A DNA stretch of 64,000 bases, taken from Ignavibacteriota bacterium. Lineage in GTDB: Bacteria > Bacteroidota > Ignavibacteria > UBA10030 > CAVZMI01. The first letter of the stretch is position 1, and each line of letters begins with the position of its first letter. A program made the position numbers and the translations under genes. Below the pieces are notes generated by a model. That model was given only the letters and a program-made list of their open reading frames with translations, was not told the DNA's origin and searched no databases. Positions 11,114-22,271 of the stretch are shown here, in pieces. The stretch spans positions 96,001 to 160,000 of the forward strand of contig CAVZMI010000021.1 in assembly GCA_963776275.1 (NCBI GenBank), given 5' to 3'.

Positions 11114-11743
11114 ATGCTGACAGAACAACGAATTACCCAATTTCTCGATGAACTCTCATCGAATTCAGCTGCCCCGGGCGGCGGAAGTGTTGCTGCGCTC
11201 GCCGGCGCACTTGGTGCAGCCCTCACCTCAATGGTCTGCTCATTGACGATCGGAAAGAAAAAGTACGAAGCTGTCGATGCAGAAATGCAAAAAGTTCTTG
11301 ACCAGGCCGAAATTCTGCGGGCAAAATTTACAGAGCTCTTAGATAAAGATTCGGATGCTTTCACGAAAGTCATGGAAGCAATGAATCTGCCGAAAGAGAA
11401 TGACCAGCAGAAGGCTCTCCATTCAGCGGCGGTTCAGGCCGCAACGAAAGAGGCTGCTTTTCTTCCATTAACCATAATGCGGCATTGTATCGACGCACTG
11501 GCACTAACAAAAATTGTAGCAACCAAAGGAACTACAAGTGCCGTCGGAGATGCCGGTGTTTCAGCACTTATGCTCCAGGCAGCATGTGACGGTGCAGCGT
11601 TGAATGTCCGCCTCAATCTGGGTATGATCAAAGATGTGGAGTTTGTCGGTTGGACATCGAAAGAAGTGGAATCGCTCCAGCGGACATGCGAGAAAATGAG
11701 CCAGGAAATCCTCGCACACGTTGGTAAAGTGTTCATGCAATAA
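11114..11743 (+). CDS. Formiminotetrahydrofolate cyclodeaminase/cyclohydrolase family protein (FTCD_C)
   Basis: FLDELSS..APGGGSVAAL, AALNVRLNL; follows ftcd. Confidence 0.9.
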   Translation: MLTEQRITQFLDELSSNSAAPGGGSVAALAGALGAALTSMVCSLTIGKKKYEAVDAEMQKVLDQAEILRAKFTELLDKDSDAFTKVMEAMNLPKENDQQKALHSAAVQAATKEAAFLPLTIMRHCIDALALTKIVATKGTTSAVGDAGVSALMLQAACDGAALNVRLNLGMIKDVEFVGWTSKEVESLQRTCEKMSQEILAHVGKVFMQ

Positions 11744-11838
11744 AAATTATGCCATTGTAATTCTATTTCCTTACAGGTCGGCGACCTCTACGCTTGATAG
11801 CCATTTTCACAGTCTCTGTATCTCTAACGTTGGGATTC

Positions 11839-12558
11839 TCAGTGGGTTGATGAAAGAATCAGGCTTGCCGCTACAACCGCTGCTGTTTCACTACGCAACC
11901 GCCGCTGACCGAGCGACACGGGAACAAATCCCGCCGCCATCGCCTGCCGGACTTCTTCTTCGGTAAATCCTCCTTCCGGTCCGATACAAACAATCGCAGA
12001 TGAGGCACCGGCGTTTTTATTCATGACGGAAAGAATATTCGTCGAATTTTCGACGGCTTCGTAAGCGATAAGTTTCACTCCGAAATGAGAGGATGCCGCG
12101 AGCATTGTTTCGAACTGTTGTATTAATGAAACGGAAGGAAGGATTGTGCGGCACGATTGTTTCATAGCGGCAAGAACGATATTGTTCCACCTGTTGATTT
12201 TCACTTTATGGGAGATGACTCGTGATGTATGAAGGGGAATGAATGTCTCAACTCCAATCTCGGTACACTTCTCAACGGCTAATTCCATCCGTGACGGATT
12301 CTTCAGCAAGCCGATCGCCAGAGTTAAACGGAGTGATGACTCATGATAATTTTTCTGAACATCAACGATGCGGGCAACTGCAAAATCGTTTTCAATTTGG
12401 GCGATGGTTGTCCTGTACAAATTCCCTGCTCCATCCGTCACCATTACTTCGTCGCCGATTCGTTTTCGCAACACACGGGTACAATGATGAAATTCATCAG
12501 CCCGAAGGATAACCGTTGTGATTGAGCAATCTGCCGGGGCCGTATAAAAGAGATCCAT
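11839..12558 (-). CDS. rsmE: 16S rRNA m3U1498 methyltransferase
   Basis: HHCTRVLR, EKCTEIGV, IGPEGGF, LGQRRLRSETAA. Start placed at ATG 12558, just after the upstream stop. Confidence 0.92.
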   Translation of the reverse strand: MDLFYTAPADCSITTVILRADEFHHCTRVLRKRIGDEVMVTDGAGNLYRTTIAQIENDFAVARIVDVQKNYHESSLRLTLAIGLLKNPSRMELAVEKCTEIGVETFIPLHTSRVISHKVKINRWNNIVLAAMKQSCRTILPSVSLIQQFETMLAASSHFGVKLIAYEAVENSTNILSVMNKNAGASSAIVCIGPEGGFTEEEVRQAMAAGFVPVSLGQRRLRSETAAVVAASLILSSTH

Positions 12559-12559
12559 G

Positions 12560-13906
12560 TTACAAAGCTGCTCCAAGGTCGAAGATAAATTGTGATTGTC
12601 CGTGTTCATCGAATCCGATTTCCGACCTGAAAATTATGCTGTAGGGAAGGAGCAGGTGAATCCCACCGCCGTATCCCCTCGTAAATCGTGGAAGGGCTAT
12701 AGACGATCCATGATACCAGACCTGTCCTGCATCCGCGAACACCGCTGCGACAATACCAAACCGCCACGTGGCAAATTGCGCGATCGGGACGTTCGAAACT
12801 TTGAAAAATATCGGATTCAATATTGGTACATGGATTTCGGCCGTTCCTCCGAGGATCGATTCGCCTTCCATAATATTTTTGAAATGTCCGCGGATTCGTT
12901 CTGCATACCCGAAATACTTATGATCATACAGAGGAACCGTACCGCCGGTTGCAATATTGATGAATCCCCTCAATCCCAACGATGCAAATGGTCCCGATTC
13001 ATCAAGGTAAATCGGGAAAAACCTGCGTACATCTGCATTCATCCGCCAATAATCAATCACTGACCCGAGTCCTTTTTTAATAATGTCAACCTCAAGATAT
13101 GATCCCATCCGTGGATATTCTGTGAGATCTCGTGTATCGTAGAAACCACCGACCTGAATAGCAAAATATCTATCTGTCCCATCGGGTGAAATCGTTCGTC
13201 CCTCGCCCGGGGCCGAAACGTTTACCGTCGCATATGACAGTTGGAACCATAACGCCGATGAATTACCAAATCGCCTTCCTATCTGGCATTCGGCGACATA
13301 TTGTCGCTCATCATATTCCTGTCCAAGTAGCTGCGCCTGCACACTTTTATTTCTCACCTGTGCGATAGCAGCCTGGACTGTGAGAAAAACGTTTCCGTCA
13401 GAGTCGAACCGGGGATTTTTATACGTCACCTGAGCAAAGGGATCGTATCCCAACACGAATGCTCCGTACAATTTCTGATTTTCACCCAGAAAATTATCAT
13501 GAAGAACAGCCAGTCCGTAGTACAATCTCGACCACTCTCTATCCTTGATTCCCAAGATGGGAATCGGAAAAATATACCACCGTTCATCGACATCGATATG
13601 GAGGAGAACAGCGTTGCTGTCGATCGGAACAGGTTCAATATCAACGCGATTAAAAAGCCGGAGACTGAAAATTCGATTCTTATCATATTCAAGCGCTTCG
13701 AATGTGACAGTGTCTCCGATATGGAGCGCCATCTCACGGGTAATGATATAGTCTTTTGTCTTCTTATTCCCCGTTATTATAATTCCCCGGATGATCGAAT
13801 TGGGCGGATACTTGGCAACAGCAAGAGTGTCATCGCATGCTGCGATTGCACCAAGAGGAATACACAAAAAAAATATGATGCTGAGAAATTTCACTAATGT
13901 CTCCAC
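12560..13906 (-). CDS. Omp85 (BamA/TamA-family) outer-membrane protein with a single POTRA domain
   Basis: Signal peptide, POTRA (IIITGNKKTKDYIITREM…VDERW), barrel with IRGH and VFADAGQVW motifs. Confidence 0.8.
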   Translation of the reverse strand: METLVKFLSIIFFLCIPLGAIAACDDTLAVAKYPPNSIIRGIIITGNKKTKDYIITREMALHIGDTVTFEALEYDKNRIFSLRLFNRVDIEPVPIDSNAVLLHIDVDERWYIFPIPILGIKDREWSRLYYGLAVLHDNFLGENQKLYGAFVLGYDPFAQVTYKNPRFDSDGNVFLTVQAAIAQVRNKSVQAQLLGQEYDERQYVAECQIGRRFGNSSALWFQLSYATVNVSAPGEGRTISPDGTDRYFAIQVGGFYDTRDLTEYPRMGSYLEVDIIKKGLGSVIDYWRMNADVRRFFPIYLDESGPFASLGLRGFINIATGGTVPLYDHKYFGYAERIRGHFKNIMEGESILGGTAEIHVPILNPIFFKVSNVPIAQFATWRFGIVAAVFADAGQVWYHGSSIALPRFTRGYGGGIHLLLPYSIIFRSEIGFDEHGQSQFIFDLGAAL

Positions 13907-13960
13907 ACTACAATTTTTCCAAAGCTACCTACCGGTGTTAGCGTTTAATGCAGAATATCG

Positions 13961-14371
13961 TCAACGCACTAGCCGGCGGTATTCAATAGCAATACAGTGA
14001 TCCATAACGACATCCATCCCTGCGTTTACTGCACGTTCTGCGGCTTCTTCATTTACCACTCCCAGCTGACACCAGAGAACACGCGCCCGGATTGCAATTG
14101 CATCGTCCACAATTGGTAATAATACATCAGGACGACGAAAGACATCAACAACGTCAATCGATACAGGAAGGTGTTGCAATGTGGGATAGCAGCGTTGATT
14201 GTCGATTTCTGTATAGGATGGATTAACCGGAAAAACCGTATATCCCTGTTCACGGAGGAAACGCGCAATATTTCCACTATCACGCCATGGTTTCGGCGAC
14301 GCGCCGACAACAGCAATGGATCTGGCTGTTTTCAATATCTCACGAATTTTTTCATCGTCATCCACCCGCAT
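13961..14371 (-). CDS. CoA-binding protein (YccU-like)
   Basis: IAVVGASPKPWRDS, FPVNP, DVVDVFRRP, WCQLGV. Confidence 0.9.
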   Translation of the reverse strand: MRVDDDEKIREILKTARSIAVVGASPKPWRDSGNIARFLREQGYTVFPVNPSYTEIDNQRCYPTLQHLPVSIDVVDVFRRPDVLLPIVDDAIAIRARVLWCQLGVVNEEAAERAVNAGMDVVMDHCIAIEYRRLVR

Positions 14372-14386
14372 GTCTTACCCCGCCAC

Positions 14387-15832
14387 CTATTCCTTATAAC
14401 GTACATTTACCTGTCGTGCAGCAAGTGCATCATCAAGTTTCCCGACAGGTGTGCTGTGAGGTGCTGAAACCACCACATCCGGGTGCTCTGTAATCTCCTC
14501 ATCGATTTTTATCAGGGCGTCGGCAAATGCATCCAGTGTTTCTTTCGTCTCGGTTTCCGTCGGTTCGATCATAAGCGCTTCATGAACAATCAGGGGAAAA
14601 TACGTCGTAGGCGCATGAAAACCGTAATCGAGGAGTCGTTTCGCAATATGCATCGCGTTTGCCCCTCTCTCTTTTTGCCGATCGGCAGAGAGAACGAACT
14701 CGTGCATTGTCGGTTCACGATATGGAACCTCGAACACATTATTTAATTTACTTAGAAGGTAATTTGCATTAATAATCGCATTCTCGGAGTTGGCACGGAG
14801 TCCTTCAGCACCATGCATCCGAATATAGGTGTACGCCCGGACCATCATGCCGAAGTTACCCGTGAATGAATGTATTTTTCCTATGGAATCGGGGCGATCC
14901 CAGTTCATCCCGAAAAATATTTCTTTCTTTTCGACGATCGGCACGGGAAAGAACGGAGCAAGGCGATCGTTAACCGCAACGGGACCGGAACCGGGGCCCC
15001 CTCCACCGTGGGGCGTCGAAAAAGTCTTATGCAGGTTGAGATGCATGCAATCAAAACCGATATCACCCGGGCGAACAATGCCGATGAGCGCATTCAGATT
15101 TGCACCATCCATGTACAGTAATGCTCCGACATCATGAACGAGCGTACTGATCCGGAAGATGTCTTTTTCAAAGATTCCCAGAGTGTTCGGATTGGTGAGC
15201 ATCAAGGCGGCGACATCATCATCCAGATTTCTTTTCAGATCTTCGATGTCCACCGTGCCGTGGGCATTTGATTTCACACTGACCGTTTTGTATCCTGCAA
15301 TTGCTGCACTCGCGGGATTCGTACCATGGGCCGAATCGGGTGCAAGAATTTTTGTTCTGCGTCGTCCCTGTTTCATATGATATGCACGAATCAGGAGAAT
15401 TCCCGTCAATTCCCCGTGAGCGCCGGCCGCCGGTTGCAGCGTAATGGCGCTCATCCCACAAATTTCTTTGAGATATTCACCGAGATTGTACATCAATTCA
15501 AGAGCTCCCTGCACAGTTCTTTCAGGCTGCAGCGGATGAAGATCGCGAAATGAGGTCATTCCTGCGGCAACTTCATTCACCTTCGGATTATACTTCATTG
15601 TGCAGGACCCGAGCGGATAGAACCCCTTGTCAATATGATAATTCATTGTTGAGAGTCGTACAAAGTGTCTGACGACTTCACTCTCACTGATCTCAGGAAG
15701 CGCGGCCGCTTGTCTCCGTAGAAATTCTTGAGGGATCAGGACATCCAATGGCTGCTCTTTTATATCGAGTTTCGGAAGTGTATACCCTTTTCGTCCGGGT
15801 TTACTCTTCTCAAACAGAAGTTGTTCTGGCAT
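14387..15832 (-). CDS. gcvPB: Glycine dehydrogenase (decarboxylating) subunit 2
   Basis: [49 protein letters not shown]. Confidence 0.95.
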   Translation of the reverse strand: MPEQLLFEKSKPGRKGYTLPKLDIKEQPLDVLIPQEFLRRQAAALPEISESEVVRHFVRLSTMNYHIDKGFYPLGSCTMKYNPKVNEVAAGMTSFRDLHPLQPERTVQGALELMYNLGEYLKEICGMSAITLQPAAGAHGELTGILLIRAYHMKQGRRRTKILAPDSAHGTNPASAAIAGYKTVSVKSNAHGTVDIEDLKRNLDDDVAALMLTNPNTLGIFEKDIFRISTLVHDVGALLYMDGANLNALIGIVRPGDIGFDCMHLNLHKTFSTPHGGGGPGSGPVAVNDRLAPFFPVPIVEKKEIFFGMNWDRPDSIGKIHSFTGNFGMMVRAYTYIRMHGAEGLRANSENAIINANYLLSKLNNVFEVPYREPTMHEFVLSADRQKERGANAMHIAKRLLDYGFHAPTTYFPLIVHEALMIEPTETETKETLDAFADALIKIDEEITEHPDVVVSAPHSTPVGKLDDALAARQVNVRYKE

Positions 15833-15878
15833 AGAAATCGAAAAAAATCAATGGTTGTTGGATTTAACCGATGACGGA

Positions 15879-16664
15879 TTATTCGCCGCGAAGTATATGT
15901 TCAAGTCCTTGTTCGGCTGCCTGTTGTTCTGCTTCCTTTTTACTTCGCCCGGAACCGCGGCCGATGCATTCTTCTGCGAGCGTCACCTCAACGGTGAAAA
16001 TTCTATCATGATCCGGACCTTCTTCTTTCACTATTCCATATCGGGGAATTCCATACCCGTGACCCTGGGCATATTCAAGCAGCATGCTTTTATAATTGTC
16101 ATCCGAGGTACTGAGAATGCCCTTTTTAACAGCGGCAAGCACCTGTCTCTCAACAAACTTCCGGGCTTCTTCGAAAGAGCTGTCGAGATAAATTGCAGCA
16201 ATAATTGCCTCATAGGCATTGGCCAGAATGGAATCGTTTCCCTTCTTGACAGCCTGTTCGGCACTCGTGCTCATAAACATATACTTATTCAATTCCAGTT
16301 CCCGGGCATACACTACGAGTGCTTTTCTATTGACGAGGCGTGATCGAATTTTGGTCAGTTCCCCTTCCTCGGCATTCTGATATCGGTCGAATAAATATTT
16401 CCCGACGATAAGATCAAGGATCGAGTCGCCGAGAAACTCAAGTCGCTCATTTGATACCCGCTGATGGGGTTTACTCTGGTATTGAAGAAACGAACGATGA
16501 AGGAGTGCTTCGAGGAACAGTTTTTCATTCCGAATCCTGTAGCCGATGATTTTCTGGAAGTTTTCGAAATCGAACGCCTTAAAGCGTTCATCATCAAATA
16601 ATGGATTTGCACCACCTGGTTCGGGAGTTTTCAACCATGCGATGATTTTTTGCAGCAAATTCAT
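15879..16664 (-). CDS. rnc: Ribonuclease III
   Basis: SNERLEFLGDS signature plus C-terminal dsRBD (GPDHDRIF…GRSKKEAEQQAA). Start set at ATG 16664. Confidence 0.95.
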   Translation of the reverse strand: MNLLQKIIAWLKTPEPGGANPLFDDERFKAFDFENFQKIIGYRIRNEKLFLEALLHRSFLQYQSKPHQRVSNERLEFLGDSILDLIVGKYLFDRYQNAEEGELTKIRSRLVNRKALVVYARELELNKYMFMSTSAEQAVKKGNDSILANAYEAIIAAIYLDSSFEEARKFVERQVLAAVKKGILSTSDDNYKSMLLEYAQGHGYGIPRYGIVKEEGPDHDRIFTVEVTLAEECIGRGSGRSKKEAEQQAAEQGLEHILRGE

Positions 16665-16671
16665 AAAGAAT

Positions 16672-17917
16672 TTATTCCCGATATTTCTTGAACAGGAGTG
16701 TTGCATTATGTCCGCCAAATCCAAACGTATTGCTCAAGGCGACATTCACAGTGCGTTTTACAGGAACATTGGGAGTATAGTTCAGATCACATTCCGGATC
16801 GGGAAATTCATAATTTATTGTCGGTGGGACTTCGTCATTGACAACCGCAAGAATAGATGCTATTGCTTCCACGGCTCCTGCTGCGCCAAGGAGATGGCCG
16901 GTCATCGATTTTGTCGAGCTTACATTGAGTGCCCGTGCGTATTCACCGAAGGCGGTCTTAATAGCGGCGGTCTCACTAATATCGCCCGGTGGTGTAGAAG
17001 TACCATGAACGTTGATATAATCGACGGCGGATGGTTCGATTCCGGCATCACGAAGTGACGCGCACATGGATCGTACCGCCCCTTCGCCCCCGGGAGCAGG
17101 AGCAGTCACGTGATGCGCATCGGCAGTAAATCCAATCCCAGCCAATTCGGCATAAATCCGTGCACCGCGCGCTCTGGCATGACCTAGTTCTTCAAGAATT
17201 ATTGTGCCGGCACCCTCTCCCATGACGAACCCATCGCGTTTTTTATCAAACGGACGGCTTGCTTTTTCAGGAGCATCATTCCGTGTTGAAAGAGCTTTCA
17301 TCTGATTAAAACCGCCGAGTCCCATCGGCGTAATGGAAGCTTCCGCACCTCCGCACACGATAATATCGGCATCTCCATATTGGATTGTGCGGAGTGCATC
17401 ACCGATTGCATGCGATGACGTCGCGCATGCTGAGACTGTTGCATAGTTACGGACCTTTCAATCCATATTTGATCGAAATAACCCCGCACGCGATGTCAGG
17501 AATCAACATCGGGATAAAAAACGGACTGATACGGCTGGGGCCGCCTGCTATGAAATTTCTGAATTGAGCATCGAAGGTAATCATTCCACCGATACCCGAT
17601 CCATATATGACTCCGATACGATCACGATCGAGCGTGTCGAGCTTGAGACCGGCATCAGCAATTGCCATGTCGGTTGCGATCACTGCATACTGGGTAAAAG
17701 GATCCATTCGTTGCACGGATTTGCGATCGAGGTAATCCGATGCTTTAAATCCTTTCAGTTCGCATGCAAAGTGCGTATCGAAGATTGAGGGATCAAAATA
17801 CGTAATGGGGGCGGCACCACTGACTCCTGCAAGAAGGTTCTTCCAGAACTCTCGAACATTGAGTCCTATGGGTGTTAATGTACCCATTCCTGTAACAACA
17901 ACCTGGCGTTTGTTCAT
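16672..17917 (-). CDS. fabF: Beta-ketoacyl-ACP synthase II; +1 frameshift at ~17449, probably a sequencing error
   Basis: VVVTGMG…GLKGP | [13 protein letters not shown]…[10 protein letters not shown]…HGTST…TGHLLGAAG…FGFGGHN. Removing one base rejoins the ORF. Confidence 0.93.
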
Positions 17918-17987
17918 TTGAAAGTCCCCATTATGTTGTAGTACCGCACCCTCACTCTATGAAAAAAGGAAAAAACCACAAAGGAAA

Positions 17988-18224
17988 TTATGCAACTTTC
18001 CCTTTTAGGTAATTGACAGCATCACCGACAGTAGCGATTTTTTCTGCATCTTCGTCGGGTATCTGCAGATTGAATGATTTCTCGAATTCCATGACCAGTT
18101 CAACTGTATCCAGCGAATCCGCCCCCAGATCATTCGTAAACGAAGCCTGCAATGTTACCTGAGCTTCATCAACACCAAGCTTGTTAACTATAATTTCCTT
18201 CACTTTTGCTTCAACATCGGCCAT
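17988..18224 (-). CDS. acpP: Acyl carrier protein
   Basis: [14 protein letters not shown]. Confidence 0.97.
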   Translation of the reverse strand: MADVEAKVKEIIVNKLGVDEAQVTLQASFTNDLGADSLDTVELVMEFEKSFNLQIPDEDAEKIATVGDAVNYLKGKVA

Positions 18225-18297
18225 TGGAAAATCTCCTTCGAGGTGATTGATAGTTGTTTAACATGATCTATAATAATTAGTGGCGGTCTGAAGTACT

Positions 18298-19044
18298 TTA
18301 CATTACCAGACCGCCATCGACACAAACCAATTGTCCTGTAATATAACTCGCCGCCGGTGAAGCAAGAAAGAGCACGACGCTGGCGACTTCTTCAGGCTGG
18401 GCCATTCGTTTCATCGGAACCGGAGTGAGAAGTGTCTCACGTTGTTGCGGCGTTAATTTTCTCGTCATATCGGTCTCAATGACACCGGGCGCGACTGCAT
18501 TGACCTGAATATTCCGCGACGCCAGCTCTTTTGCCAGTGTTTTTGTGATACCGATGACACCGGCTTTCGAAGCCGAATAATTCACCTGTCCTGCATTTCC
18601 GACAACGCCGGCAATTGAAGAAATGTTGATGATCTTACCTTCACGTTGTCCGATCATCTGCCGGGCAACAGCTTTGCAGTAGTTAAATACTCCCTTCAGG
18701 TTTGTTCCGATCACCGCATCCCAATCGTCCTCCGACATACGAACCAGCAAATTATCGCGTGTGATGCCGGCATTGTTTATTAAAACATCGATCCGTTGAA
18801 ATTCTTTTACCACAATGTCGACTGCCTGTTGCGTTGATGCATAATCCCTTACATCCGATTGAAGCGCAAGGGCTTTAACTTCTTTTGAGCGGATTTCCTG
18901 CAACGTTATATCTGCGGCATCGCCGAGCACGATATCTGTAAATGCAATATGTGCGCCTTCGGCTGCAAATGCCAATGAGATCGCTTTCCCGATGCCGCGA
19001 GCGCCACCCGTAACGAGTACAATTTTATTCTGAAATACTCCCAT
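18298..19044 (-). CDS. fabG: 3-oxoacyl-ACP reductase
   Basis: [25 protein letters not shown]; fab operon context. Confidence 0.95.
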   Translation of the reverse strand: MGVFQNKIVLVTGGARGIGKAISLAFAAEGAHIAFTDIVLGDAADITLQEIRSKEVKALALQSDVRDYASTQQAVDIVVKEFQRIDVLINNAGITRDNLLVRMSEDDWDAVIGTNLKGVFNYCKAVARQMIGQREGKIINISSIAGVVGNAGQVNYSASKAGVIGITKTLAKELASRNIQVNAVAPGVIETDMTRKLTPQQRETLLTPVPMKRMAQPEEVASVVLFLASPAASYITGQLVCVDGGLVM

Positions 19045-19222
19045 ATTCTAATCCCACTCTTCTCTTGTTATCTAAGATATCAAGTGACCTATAATCCGAC
19101 CTGCCAGTCTTGTATCTTTGAATATTAAGATATGCAAGTTCTTTTGCAAGTCTTTTTTATTACTCCGATAATATCTACTCATAATTTCCCACATAACCGA
19201 GAATAACTGCTGAAAAAGCTGT

Positions 19223-20139
19223 CTATCCTTTCGCTGCTTGATACTCTTGAAATGTATCAATTCCTGATATTTCGACAGCCGGGCTGATTCGTTTTACCAA
19301 TCCTTGAAGCACTTTTCCAGGTCCGACCTCGATGAATCGCGTTGCTCCGTTTTCCACCATTAAACGAATCGATTCTTCCCACCGCACCGGATTAAGTAAT
19401 TGACGGTAGAGAAGATCGCGGATTTCTTCCGCCGCTTTCACCGGCTGTGCTGTAACATTTGCATAGACAGGAATTTCAATATCAAAAATTTTTATCGTCG
19501 CGAGCGCTTTTCGTAATCCGTCACCTGCGCTCTGCATCAGCTGTGAATGAAATGCACCGCTGACAACCAGCTCTTTCGCCATTTTCGCACCGCGCCCCTT
19601 TGCCAGTTCCATCGATTTTCGTACACCAGGTATTGACCCTGAAACGACAACCTGTTCCGGTGAATTAAAATTTGCAGGTTGTACAATTCCTGCCACGCTT
19701 GCTTCCCGGCATATATCTTCGATTACATATCCTTCGAGTCCGATAATCGCAGCCATTGTTCCCGGGTGTTCCTCGCCGGCACGTTGCATCAACTCGCCTC
19801 GCAAACGGACAAGCCTCAGACCATCTTCGAATGACATCGCCCCGGAGCACACCAGTGCTGAATACTCACCAAGCGAATGTCCCGCCACCATCGCAGGACG
19901 GTACTGCTGAAGAAGCTTTGTCAGAACAACGCTGTGTAAAAAGATCGCCGGTTGTGTATTTTTCGTCCGTCGTAACTCTTCTTCCGTCCGTTAAAACAAA
20001 TTGAGCTTAATGAAATACCGAGTATATCATCGGCTTTTTGAAAAAGTTCTTTTGCGAGCGGGTGTTGCTCATAGAGATCTTTTCCCATTCCTACGTACTG
20101 GGAGCCCTGCCCCGGATACACAAATGCTGCGACACCCAT
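19223..20139 (-). CDS. fabD: Malonyl-CoA:ACP transacylase; one-base deletion at ~19986, probably a sequencing error
   Basis: PGQGSQ…FNG[P]EEELRRTKNTQPAI…AGHSLGEYSA…SGAFHS…EVGPG. Confidence 0.93.
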
Positions 20140-20149
20140 TAATTGTACC

Positions 20150-21154
20150 TTATTGTTTCAGGTCAAGAGACCAACGGAGAAGAGCGGCACCCCAAGTCCA
20201 CCCTGCACCGAAACTTGAGATAATTATTCGCTGTCCTTTCCGCAATTTCCCATTTTGCCACCATTCTGACAGACAGAGAGGAATTGTGGCGGCGGTGGTA
20301 TTTCCGTAACGGTCGATATTGACCATTACTTTTGACATTTCGAGTCCCATCCGCTCGGCCGTTGCCGTTAGAATCCGCATATTAGCCTGATGGGGAACCA
20401 GCCAGTCAATATCGGCGCTGGTGAGTCTGTTTCGCTTAAGGATTTCTACTGAGACGTCGGCCATTCCGACCACTGCAATTTTAAACACCGATTTTCCATC
20501 CTGATAGAGGTAGTGCCATCCCTTGTCGACGGTCTCGTGAGTTGCCGGATACAAGCTCCCTCCCCCTTTCAGATAGAGAAAGGGTGCTCCGGATCCGTCC
20601 GAGTAGAACTTATGGTCAATTAATCCGTATTGAAGATCTTCACTCGGCTCAAGAAGCACTGCTGCTGCTGCATCGCCGAATAAAATGCATGTGTTTCTAT
20701 CTGTATAGTCGGTCATGGAGCTCATTTTATCGGCGCCAACAACAACAACTTTTTTATATCTTCCATTTTCGATGAATTGCGCACCGACTACCAGTGCATA
20801 GATAAAACCGCAGCAGGCGGCTGACAGGTCGATACAAAATGCCTTCGACGCCCCGATTTTATTTTGAATTAAGCAGGATGTCGATGGAAACATCATGTCA
20901 GGAGAAATGGTCGCGACAATAAGAACTTCGATTTCCGATGGATCAAGGTTGCTGTTCTCCATCAACGATTGAAGAGCCTTTGCACCCATATCCGAGGTAC
21001 CGCCGTGTTCAAGGATATGCCGCTCCCGAATACCGGTGCGCGTTCGTATCCATTCATCGGAGGTATCAACCATTTTTTCAAGATCAAAATTTGTAAGAAT
21101 TTTATCGGGTACATAGTGTCCGATACCCGTAATTGTTGCACGAATGTTTCCCAT
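20150..21154 (-). CDS. fabH: Beta-ketoacyl-ACP synthase III
   Basis: DTSDEWIRTRTGIRER, AACCGF, LFGD, PHQAN, GNT, FGAG. Confidence 0.95.
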   Translation of the reverse strand: MGNIRATITGIGHYVPDKILTNFDLEKMVDTSDEWIRTRTGIRERHILEHGGTSDMGAKALQSLMENSNLDPSEIEVLIVATISPDMMFPSTSCLIQNKIGASKAFCIDLSAACCGFIYALVVGAQFIENGRYKKVVVVGADKMSSMTDYTDRNTCILFGDAAAAVLLEPSEDLQYGLIDHKFYSDGSGAPFLYLKGGGSLYPATHETVDKGWHYLYQDGKSVFKIAVVGMADVSVEILKRNRLTSADIDWLVPHQANMRILTATAERMGLEMSKVMVNIDRYGNTTAATIPLCLSEWWQNGKLRKGQRIIISSFGAGWTWGAALLRWSLDLKQ

Positions 21155-21170
21155 GAAAATCCTTCTATTA

Positions 21171-22181
21171 TTACGTAGCGAGTGCGTGTTGAATCTTTAT
21201 GTTTACCTGTTTAAGAACCATTTCTTCGGCTTTTAATATCATGTTTTTTATTGCCTTGGCGCTCGATTTCCCATGGCCGATAATGGTTACTCCATTGACA
21301 CCAAGAAGTGGAACGCCGCCATATTCCTGATAATCGAATTCCTTCAATACTTTTTTCAGAGTACCATAGGCAAAGGCAATACGTATTTTATTCCAGAGTG
21401 ATCCTTCTGCAAACATCTTCAGTTTTGCACGTAAGAGTTCGACCATCCCTTCAGCAAATTTTAAAACAACATTACCGACAAAACCGTCGCAGACCACAAC
21501 CTGGACATTACCTTTTAGGATGTCACGCCCTTCGATATTCCCGATAAAATTTAAACCGCTCTGTTCCAGCAGTTTGTATGCTTCAAGAGTGAGTTCATTT
21601 CCTTTATTTTTTTCTTCACCAAAACTTAAGAGTCCGATTCTTGGGTTTGGATAATGCAGAATTTCTTCCGCAAAAATACTTGCCATGATGCCAAATTCAC
21701 GGAGATGCTGAGGCCGGCAATCGACATTTGTCCCGGCATCTGTCAATAAACAATATCCTTTTTCTGACGGCAGCGTGGCGGCGATTGTTGGCCGCCCGAC
21801 TCCTTCGATACGTCCGAGGAGCAGTGTCGAAGCCGACATCACGGCACCAGTATGTCCTGCACTCACAAACGCATCGGCCTCGCCTGATTTATGCAATTGA
21901 AGTCCAACGGCAATCGATGATTGTTTTTTCGTACGTACGGGAGCAAGCGCATCGTCATCGAAATTTACCACTTCCGCAGCATGTTCGATCCGGATCGACT
22001 GCGACGGTCCGGGGTATTTCTGTAATTCGGTTGTTATTGCATTTTTATCACCGACAAGAATAACTTCGAACCGGTTTGCGGTTTGTCTAAGCGCATCGAG
22101 AGCTCCTTCTACAACGACATAAGGAGCGTGATCGCCTCCCATTGCATCAACAGCAATTCGTATTATACGACTTTTATTCAA
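21171..22181 (-). CDS. plsX: Phosphate acyltransferase
   Basis: IAVDAMGGDHAP, SAGHTGA, DAGTN, CDGFVGN, IGHGKS. Confidence 0.95.
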   Translation of the reverse strand: MNKSRIIRIAVDAMGGDHAPYVVVEGALDALRQTANRFEVILVGDKNAITTELQKYPGPSQSIRIEHAAEVVNFDDDALAPVRTKKQSSIAVGLQLHKSGEADAFVSAGHTGAVMSASTLLLGRIEGVGRPTIAATLPSEKGYCLLTDAGTNVDCRPQHLREFGIMASIFAEEILHYPNPRIGLLSFGEEKNKGNELTLEAYKLLEQSGLNFIGNIEGRDILKGNVQVVVCDGFVGNVVLKFAEGMVELLRAKLKMFAEGSLWNKIRIAFAYGTLKKVLKEFDYQEYGGVPLLGVNGVTIIGHGKSSAKAIKNMILKAEEMVLKQVNIKIQHALAT

Positions 22182-22271
22182 CGTCTGCCTAACCGGGTTA
22201 TTGGGGGTTGCATAAGATCATTCACGTTATTGATCCGTTCGTGTGATCACATGCGTCAAAGGAAATACATT

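Noticed and set aside
16672-20139. True pseudogenisation or programmed frameshifting of fabF/fabD
   Set aside because: Core genes with one lesion each, no slippery heptamers and no further decay; lesions coincide with GGWCC.
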